Below, piece by piece: positions 33,814-41,764 of a stretch of DNA of 41,764 bases; the stretch's first letter is position 1; every line of letters starts with the position of its first letter. The notes under the pieces are model-generated. The model did not search any database. It saw only the letters and a list, made by a program, of their open reading frames with translations, and was not told where the DNA came from. Source of the stretch: Hydrurus foetidus (taxonomy: Eukaryota). Where the stretch lies: contig UYFQ01000682.1 of NCBI GenBank assembly GCA_900617105.1, forward strand, positions 62,001-103,764. The letters are read 5' to 3'. Position numbers and translations under genes: made by a program.

Positions 33814-33831
33814 TAATTAGAAGTCGCGAGC
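33814..33831 (+). promoter_or_regulatory. Non-canonical primer-binding-site region of element A (TAATTAGAAGTCGCGAGC)
   Basis: Lies between the 5' LTR and the gag ATG (33840) and lacks the TGG start of tRNA-3'-end PBSs. It is complementary to LTR 33642-33652 and to a tRNA-Arg(UCU)-type anticodon loop. Confidence 0.7.
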
Positions 33832-33839
33832 TGCTCAGA

Positions 33840-36800
33840 ATGAGCAAGCAAGGCGAGAAGGGCGCTGCCCAATCCAAATCTGAGAAGGCCGAAAAAACCA
33901 CGCCTGGAGATGGTGTGAGGCCAGAGAGTCTCCCTGAGATCACTCACAACGGGTGGAAAGAATGGGACGATAACATTCAGAGACTGAAAGAGTACATGAG
34001 AGTCAACTTTCAGGATCTCGAGTCGATCTGTCCCGACCCTATGATGCTGACCCTAAAACCGGCCTACGAGGTGTACCTATTTTCGGAACCAGACTTCACT
34101 GCATTGGAGGCGTTGGACGAAATCACTGATCCAAAAGGATTTCGAGCCAAGTTAATAATGGCAGACCTGAATAACGACAGAGCGGTCGTGACAAAGATGA
34201 GGAGAAAGCAAATGGAGGACCGTAGATCAGCTTATCGACTGATTCGATCGATGTGTTCACCATCACTCAATGCAATTCTGGTAGTGGAGGCAAACTTCAT
34301 TGCTGTCAAATTTGACGACCCACTTGGACTACTTGATGTAATCAAGTCAGTAGTCACATCAAGATGTGATGGGAATCAGGAATTAGAGCGGTCCCAGGCC
34401 CTACGGGATTGGTATACACTCACCATGAGTACGGGCGAAGACATCGTAACGTACGGACGTCGTGCGGTGAAGCTTTTTGATCGACTCGCTGCAACAGGAG
34501 TTCCAGCAGCACAAATTCCAGATGCAAAACAACAATCTATGAGGTTCATTGATGGTCTGAGTAGTACCGTGCAGGTCTACCACGACTACAAAAACTACCT
34601 CAGTAATTCCCTGGAGTGCACCGCAATTGACATCTATCCGAAGACCCTGGTGGAGGCAATTAATGGAGCAACTAGATTCCATCGTGGGACAAAGGGTAGC
34701 GCATTGCAATCAGCGATAGTGACCCCCATACGGCACTTGCAGCGAAGAACCCCGTCAAACCGGGTGGGTCCCCAAAGGGAGAGAAATCACCCGTCAAAGA
34801 AAAAGCCAAGAAAATTAACCCAGCGAAAATCAAGGAACCTAAAGTCACGTTTGCTAAAGATGTGAAGGAGGGTAAATTCAGTGGAACGTGTTACCACTGT
34901 GGAAAAGCTGGGCATCGTGCTAGTGAGTGCAGAAAGAAGGCCGCTGGAGAGCCCCTTCAGCCCCACAAATATCATATTTGGCCAGGAGACAAACTGACGG
35001 AGTTGACTCCAGTGCTTCAGATGATGTCTACACTGCTTTTGGCCAAATGTGGGATCAAGAGGATGACAAGAATCAATATGGCGAAAGGAACTGTAGTGTG
35101 TGCTACACCACCTCACCGGTGAAACTCGCAACCCTCGGTCCTCGGACCGATTTTTCCGCCAACCGTAACATCAATCAACGAAGTACATCGGAGGCCATCT
35201 TCGACACAGGAGCTACAGGCACCATCATCACATGTGCAGATGTGCTGAGTAACATTGTGACATGCACTCCAACTGTATTCAATGGCTTGCATGGTTCTCT
35301 CACTGTAACTAAAACAGCAAACCTTCGCGACATTGGCATCGTTCACTTTGACCCACGTGCTGGACTCTCCATCATCTCGGCATCGGATTGTCTGCTGCAA
35401 GGACACAACTGGGAGTTTCGCCAGGGTTCTACAATAGATCAAGATGCATTTTTGCTTCATACTGATCAGAATACCTACAAATTTCAACATCGTGGAGGGC
35501 TATATGTCAACGATTTGGCAACGCCTCCAGAGCCGAGATATTCTGACGCCGCAGAGCGCAGAACTGCATATGCTCACTCCGTGGTGATAGAAACATCATC
35601 TATGAACATATTATACTCTACAAAACTTGCCACAACGGAAGCCAACGAAGCCAAATTCTCGAAACGCGAAGTTCAGAGAAGCATCGATGCACGCCGTTTG
35701 CAAGCGAGTTTGGGATTCCCACCAGATCAGAAATTCATTTCTGCGTTGAGAGCTGGGACATTTCTAAACTGCGACATCTTACCTGAAGATGTCACGCGTG
35801 CCACAGAAATTTGGGGAGCAAACGCTGCTGCACTCAAAGGACGCACTACCAGGCTGAGGCCTATGACGCCACCTCAACTACCTACGACGGCCCGTCACTT
35901 CGACGACCAACACATGCATTGCGATATCATGTTTGTAAATCGACAGCCCTACTTAGTATCGATTACTCACCCATTGGGAATCGTTTTGGTAGCATGCACT
36001 GAAAACCTCACGACACCGGTACTCAGGCAGAGTATCAGGCGCATGTTCGGTACCATCGGGTCCCGACGCATTTCCATCGTGAAATTTACAAGTGATAATG
36101 AACGTGGCATTGCGGCACTAGTCAATGACATGAATGCCATGGGAGTAGAGGTGATTGCCGTTGGTCCAGGGCAACACGATCATGTTATTGAAAGAATGAT
36201 CAGGCACTTAAAGGAGACCATCCGGTGTACCATCTTCAGTCTACCATACTTGCTACCGGATATACTCATGCCTCACCTTGTGATGAGCTCGGCGAAGAAG
36301 CTTTTGCTCTTTCCCTCATCAACAAGAACAGATAGGATTTCTCCTTTCGAAGCATTCTTCGGCAGAAAGGCTGACACGAAAAAAGATATCGGACCTCCAT
36401 TCGGCTCATACTGCCAAGTCACCGGCAGGGTGCTTAGCAACAGCATGGATCCACGAACCATTGGATGCCTATACCTAGAGCCAAAGATGAATGGAACAGG
36501 TACTCATACCTTCATGCGCATTGACACAAGGAGTGTCATATCAGCCAACCACTACGTGGTGTTACCGATACCTCCGCTCGTCATTACCACTGTAAACGGG
36601 TGGGCATCGAAGAATAAAATACACACATCAAAAGAACCAACATTCACATTCCATGATAGAGACATCACTGGAGATGCAGTTGATGATGTGGTCATAATGG
36701 ATACACCTTCAGATGAGGAGCCTACTATCCAGTTCCGACACACACCTCCAATTTTACCGGTGTTCCCGGATGAAACCGACACGCTTGATACCGTGATGGA

Positions 36801-38748
36801 ACCTCAAATTACTCAAGACCAAATTGAGATTCGGGGTGAAATGGAATCAGCGGTCGACACAAACCATACCATCCCAGCTTCCGACGAAGTATCCGGACCA
36901 GAAACTACATTTGAAGCAGTACCGGAGGAGCAACCAGCGGCACCACCTACTACCACTGTGCGTACGTACGTACCCAGTGCACCTGTTGAAATGCGCCAGA
37001 AATCAACGAGAACCAGAAAGCCACCAGACCGACTCAACTTAGTAGCCGACAAACTACCTATTCCAACGCAGAAAGAAGGAATTAGGGGTGAGTGGTCATT
37101 TATGACAGTTACTCGGGCACTGAAACTTTTTCCGGACAAGGCTACTGCAGCAATTGAGTCAGAGGTCAAATCACTACTTGCAAAGGGGACATTTTCGGGG
37201 GTGCACATGGAACAACTGTCGCCTACACAGAAGCAGAAGATACTGCGTTCAAACATGAATGTTGTGGAGAAATACCTTCCAACGGTAAACTCTGATGGTG
37301 ATCGCCAAATCGACAAGGTCAAGGCGCGGTTCTGTGTGGACGGGCGTGCTCAAGTTAGAGAGGACTATGCACCAGATGAAGTTGAATCACCAACAGCGAG
37401 CATAGCTGCCATCTTTACAGTTGCACAGATTGCTGCTGTAGAAAACCGTTTCGTCATGGTCGGGGACGTTGGGTCCGCATACCTCAACGCTGATATGCCG
37501 ATGGAAAAACCGGATAAAATACTCCATATGTATATTGATAAGAATGTGGCCGACGCAATCATCAAACAAGACATCTCTTTCTTACGTTACAGAAGACACA
37601 ATGGAGGCCTAGTAGTGAGACTAGACAAAGCACTTTACGGGTGTATCGAGTCCGCCAAACTCTGGTATAACGAAATAGCCGGAACTTTACGGTCCAATGG
37701 TTTCACGGCTAACCCGCGCGATATTTGCGTCTTTAATAAGGACGTCAAAGGCAACCAATTCACGATCCTAGTCTACGTAGATGACTTAAAGATGACGTGT
37801 GTGGACAAGAAAGCGGTTCTTGACATGGAGCAAATTTTGCTGAGAACGTACGGTCAATTTCGTACCACTCAAGAGCGAGTTCTACCGTACCTAGGATGCA
37901 TGTGGGATTACAATGAGCCAGGATTTGTGAACGTCACGCAGATTGGAATGATTCAAGATCTGATCTCATCAAGGGAAAAGAGCCATGCTGAACGAGGTAT
38001 GAAGCTCATCGGGAACCCATCATCACCGGGTGCCCCACACCTATTTGAGCGGACCTTGGACTGCGAATTCCTAAGTGAGAAAGATGCTAAAACATTCCAT
38101 ACCGACGTTGCTACAGCACTCTACCTGGGGAACCGAACTCGCCCAGGCATTGTATTAGTGTTGAGTGAACTTTGCAAACGTGTAAAGGCACCAACAATTG
38201 AAGACGACAAGAAACTCGATAGGCTCATATGCTATTTGAGGGCTACCCGAGACAAGCCATTACGACTGGGGTGTACTTTGCCCCCGACAGTAACAGTATC
38301 CACTGATGCTGCATTTGCCAACCGTGATTTGATGAAATCAACCTCAGGAATGTGTGTCACATTAGGGGTGGGGAATTTTATTTCGAGTTCCAAGGTCCAG
38401 AAGCTAAATTCCAAGTCAAGTACAGAGTCCGAGATCATCGCAATATCTGACGGCATGAATATTCCGCTCTGGCTTGCAGGGTTTATTGCTTACCAAGGAC
38501 ACGGCAAGATTCCAGTGAGGCTGGAACAAGACAATCAATCATGCATCACGCTGCTTACAAAAGGTCGGTCTACCGCAGAAACCACCCGGTTCATTGAGGT
38601 GCGAAAATTCTGGATATCAGACTACATCCGCATCGGTGCTGTAAACATTGTCTACGTTCCAACCGAGGATATGACGTCTGATTACTTCACAAAACCATTG
38701 CAAGGAACAGTTTTTTCCAAGATGGTGAAGAAAATTTTAGGAAATTAA
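33840..38748 (+). CDS. Copia gag-pol polyprotein, split by two single-base frameshifts in C runs
   Basis: Gag from 33840; CYHCGKAGHRASEC at 34889-34930; protease FDTGA at ~35200; integrase D-D-E (HCDIMF, SDNERG, IERMIR); RT (KARFCVDG, DVGSAYLNA, KALYGCIES, YVDD at 37774-37785); RNase H (TDAAF, STESE, QDNQS, SDYFTKPL). Frame breaks at 34723-34727 and 34952-34955. Confidence 0.93.
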
Positions 38749-38912
38749 GTACTTCACATTATTGACTTACAGTTGAGCTATTTTTTCAAATTTTTATTAG
38801 CAACAAAACTTGTCTGATCACTATAGCTTACGATAGATACAAACATGATTTGTGTTACATTTTCACGAGGAAATACAAATGTACCGCCTGAATGCTTATG
38901 ACATTAGGGGTG

Positions 38913-39301
38913 TGTTGGATATAGCATAGCTATCCCTACGGGGACGATCCCCTTGGGGGAAATCCCTTTGGGGTAATATCATCTAAGCCCAAGCGGAGGA
39001 GCGAGGGTAGCGTTTTCAGACTCAAGACCATCACTCGAACTGTACTGGAAGTTGCAACTGATGATGACTGTGAACAGTCAACTGTAGCTAGTATAGCTAG
39101 CCATGAACTGCTTTGTTTTGACATGATGAGCACTTCTAATTAAAAGAGACTATATGGCTGTGAGCCATTATACCTACACTTGAGTGAGCTGTTGGAACGA
39201 CTTGGTCGACTAGCTGAAAGCAAAGTGTGTTCTGAACGAACCACTGCTATCAACCAGGTGCTCTGACTGGATCCAGGATCCAAAAGGCAGACTTATTCCA
39301 A
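38913..39301 (+). repeat. 3' LTR of copia element A (preceded by PPT 38903-38912)
   Basis: Identical to the 5' LTR except one base. Ends ...TTATTCCAA and runs directly into the duplicated host sequence. Confidence 0.93.
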
Positions 39302-39430
39302 AAGATTTCCAAGATGGGATGAGTGATGAGTTGATGATAGACAAGGATAGATTTCGAATTTTGTTGATCACTTCGTTGGATGATTCTGATAAAATGAATA
39401 TATGCAAAGGGCCATATTCTGTTGGAGAAC
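39302..39430. repeat. Right copy of the ~127-bp direct duplication
   Basis: Matches 33296-33422, with gggccatattc in place of gggccattc. Confidence 0.95.
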
Positions 39431-39752
39431 CTTTGGATTCCGGACACCTGAGTTCGGAACGTGGACCTTCGGTCTGATGGTTCAAATACTAAGGCTTGTG
39501 AGATGAGACTCTTATTGTCAATAATCACTCGTTAATTCGACTGTGCCTCATCAATCAAGAAGCCCCGAGTCCCTTCCAATGCAACAGTAATTTCAGTTCT
39601 ACTCTACAGTTGAAGTACACTGCGATGCTCGGATCCACACATCTTCGTCCGCATGCACACACACACACAAACAAAACCGTACGTCTGTACGAATGCATAA
39701 GTACACATAATGTGTTCGTGTCATGAACTCTGATATATCCAACACACCCTTA
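39420..39752 (-). mobile_element. 3' LTR (39420-39744, 325 bp) plus PPT of a second, diverged copia element (element B)
   Basis: The minus strand reads taagggtg|TGTTGGATATA...TCCAACA. It has perfect 7-bp terminal inverted repeats, its first 11 nt equal those of LTR A, and its PPT nearly equals that of A. Shared internal blocks: tcaactgtag, tgatgag(g)cac..tc.aattaa, caggtg, atccaaa(a)gg. Confidence 0.8.
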
Positions 39753-40286
39753 TGTCACAACACATTTGTTCGCAGTTTGATAATCAAGCATTCGTTGCAT
39801 AATAATATTAAATAATCTAGTGTGGTCTCACTAGGACTCTGGGCGCTGGAACGAAGGACTGCTGGAACGCGGACGGATGAAAAGGTGTGATGGTGCTGCT
39901 GCTGGGGATAACAAAGTGGTTAGCTTACAGATAAACACAGCAGGTATCAAGCAATGAATCGTGTGGATCGGATCGTCCTCGATCCGAACCGAACGTACGC
40001 CTGTATCCGTACAGCCCGTACGGGTGTACGGGTCACAGTGCCCCTCTCTCTTTCTAAAAGGGGTGTACTAACTATCAAAATTCATTAACAAAATACTAAC
40101 TATGAATTTTTGTGTAACTATTTAAAAACTATTTCAGACTGGGAACTAGGGGTTCCTTACTGAATAAACCTCCATAAAATCCGTGAGGATCCAATGTAGG
40201 AGGAATCTTTATGATTAAGTAAGTCAGAATTTATTTATTTTTTTCTCTTTTTTTTGTGTAGTTTGTCTGTGTGTGTGTTTTTGTGG

Positions 40287-40321
<35 letters not shown>

Positions 40322-41764
40322 TTTTTTTTTTTTATTGGTCAACGGTAGTTTGCGATGAATTCTCGTGGCACTAAATGTTTGAGGTTCTTTTTGATTAAGA
40401 ACTCATGAACTTTTTGCGATTTGCGCATGTGAGTCCACGGTTCCCAGGTGTTGTGTTCCTGGGTATAGTTGAGCCATTTTACATGAAATGTGAGTGTTTT
40501 GTAGGCTCGAATGTTACCTTTCACTTCTAAAATATCTTCGATGAAGAATTCTAGGTAGTCCCTTCGAGCTATGTCGGTGGGGTCGACATGAGTTGGGTCG
40601 AATTGAAAAGGTTTTAATTGAGTCATGTGGTACACTTTTTCTTTGTGTGTTATTAAATCGAGTAAAGTATACTCTGCGAAGTTGTGACCGACAACTCGCA
40701 TTGGACCACGCCATAGTGTGTGCATGCGTGTCTCTGGCGTTGTTCGCTGTTGCTCAAGCACATATGTGTCTACTCCAAATTGTGTGATGTTTGGGGACTG
40801 TTGTGCATTGTGTATGTCGTCTGATTCTTTTAGTAAACGTGCAGTGATTTGGATTAGATCATCCTGCAATGTTAACATTGTATCTGTTGATTTCGATAGT
40901 GAATGGAATTCTAAATCGATTTCGTCTCGCGGAAGTAGTATATTTGCATCGAGATCAATCGAGTTGCCATAGATAAGTTGTGCCGGTGATACTTTCATAC
41001 GGTCGTTCACGGTTGAATTTAGTATTCTTTGAACGAACGGTAGTATTTCCGCGTAATTTTCCGTAGTAGCACGTCTTCATACGCGTACGCGGTTAAATGA
41101 CGATTGATTTCTTTGTTGATACGTTCGACAATAGCGTTTTCTTCTGAACAGTATGGTAAGATTTTGTTGTGGGTTGTACCAACAATTTTTACGAACTCAT
41201 CGATAATGTGAGCTACGAAGTATGGGCCATTATCTGATCGAAGTATAGATGGTGTGCCGTATCGACCCACGTGTTCTATGAGCGCTTGCATTGCCTTAGC
41301 TGTTGCATCAGGTGTTGCGTAGAGTTCGACAAACCTTTAGAAGGTGTCGATCATAACAGGGATATATCCTTTATCTGGGAATGGTCCGATGAAGTCAATA
41401 TTAAGACATTCCATAGGTTTGTATGTCGATGTTGTGTACCTGTATGCATTGATGGGTTATTTCATAGCCGACATCTTTTGGCAACAAGGACAATTTTTGA
41501 TGAATGTTTTATGCGTGCCATTATTCCCAGCCATATGTTATTTGTTTTTATAAATTACGCAGTGTGCGTTGAACACCACCATGTCCGACTATCGTGTTGT
41601 GGCACGTTGCATTAATATTCATATATTTCCGCTGCAAGCTGTTTGCAAGTTAGGCATTGCTTTTATGTTGTGTTTCGGCATCTATTTTTTTACATAGGCG
41701 TGACATCGCATCGGCAATTTCGTTTTGTTTCCCAGGGATGTACCTATCGTATATTCTAGTTCTT
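39753..41764 (-). mobile_element. Ty3/gypsy chromovirus-type LTR retrotransposon, 3' part (rest outside window)
   Basis: Integrase and chromodomain are followed by a 3' UTR, PPT agaaagagagagggg (~40041-40055) and an LTR starting TGTGAC at 40037. The distal LTR end is uncertain (candidates 39753, 39821, 39886). Confidence 0.85.
40339..41764 (-). pseudogene. Degenerate gypsy pol: RNase H end, HHCC integrase, DDE core, chromodomain
   Basis: Fragments across frames: NEIADAMSRL, CHNTIVGHGG, CPCCQK, LNIDFIGPF, LRSDNGPYF, IVERINKEI, LWRGPMRV, FHVKWLNYTQEHNTWEPW. Several frameshifts and stops. Confidence 0.85.

Larger units (their letters stand above)
33423..39301 (+). mobile_element. Full-length Ty1/copia LTR retrotransposon (element A), very recent insertion
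   Basis: Two ~390-bp LTRs starting TGTTGGA with one internal mismatch (33448 C vs 38938 A). Gag with a CCHC knuckle; domain order PR-IN-RT-RH; PPT attaggggtg directly before the 3' LTR. Confidence 0.97.

Noticed and set aside
34723..34955. Programmed ribosomal frameshifting in gag
   Set aside because: No X XXY YYZ slippery heptamer or Ty1 CTTAGGC site, and two shifts would be required. Homopolymer error or mutation is simpler.
34401..38456. Antisense ORFs within copia gag-pol, and similar ones opposite SDHA and fibrillarin
   Set aside because: Shadow ORFs of real coding strands with no motifs of their own.
39210..39528. Minus-strand ORFs that seem to continue the host gene across the copia insertion
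   Set aside because: They run through LTR B, the duplicated segment and LTR A, so the open frame is best explained as chance.

Overview
Eukaryotic, intron-rich genomic DNA (GT-AG introns, long microsatellites). The gene and transposon content suggests a stramenopile alga, which is an inference. From left to right: the 3' part of an EML-like WD40 gene (+), a membrane-anchored purple acid phosphatase (+), a TEY-type MAP kinase (+), a small tail-anchored ORF (+), fibrillarin (-) head-to-head with SDHA (+), and an uncharacterised spliced gene with a CxxPxCxP motif and an SH3-like domain (-). The last 8.5 kb is a nested LTR-retrotransposon cluster at the 5' end of that gene. It contains a very young full-length Ty1/copia element A (33423-39301), the 3' LTR and PPT of a diverged relative B (39420-39752, -), and a degenerate chromodomain Ty3/gypsy element (-). 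The most striking signals are in element A. It has no canonical tRNA-3'-end PBS; the bases after the 5' LTR are exactly complementary to an 11-mer inside its own LTR (Tf1-like self-priming candidate) and also to the tRNA-Arg(UCU) anticodon arm (half-tRNA alternative). It is also flanked by a ~127-bp duplication instead of a 5-bp TSD. Exon boundaries were read by eye.
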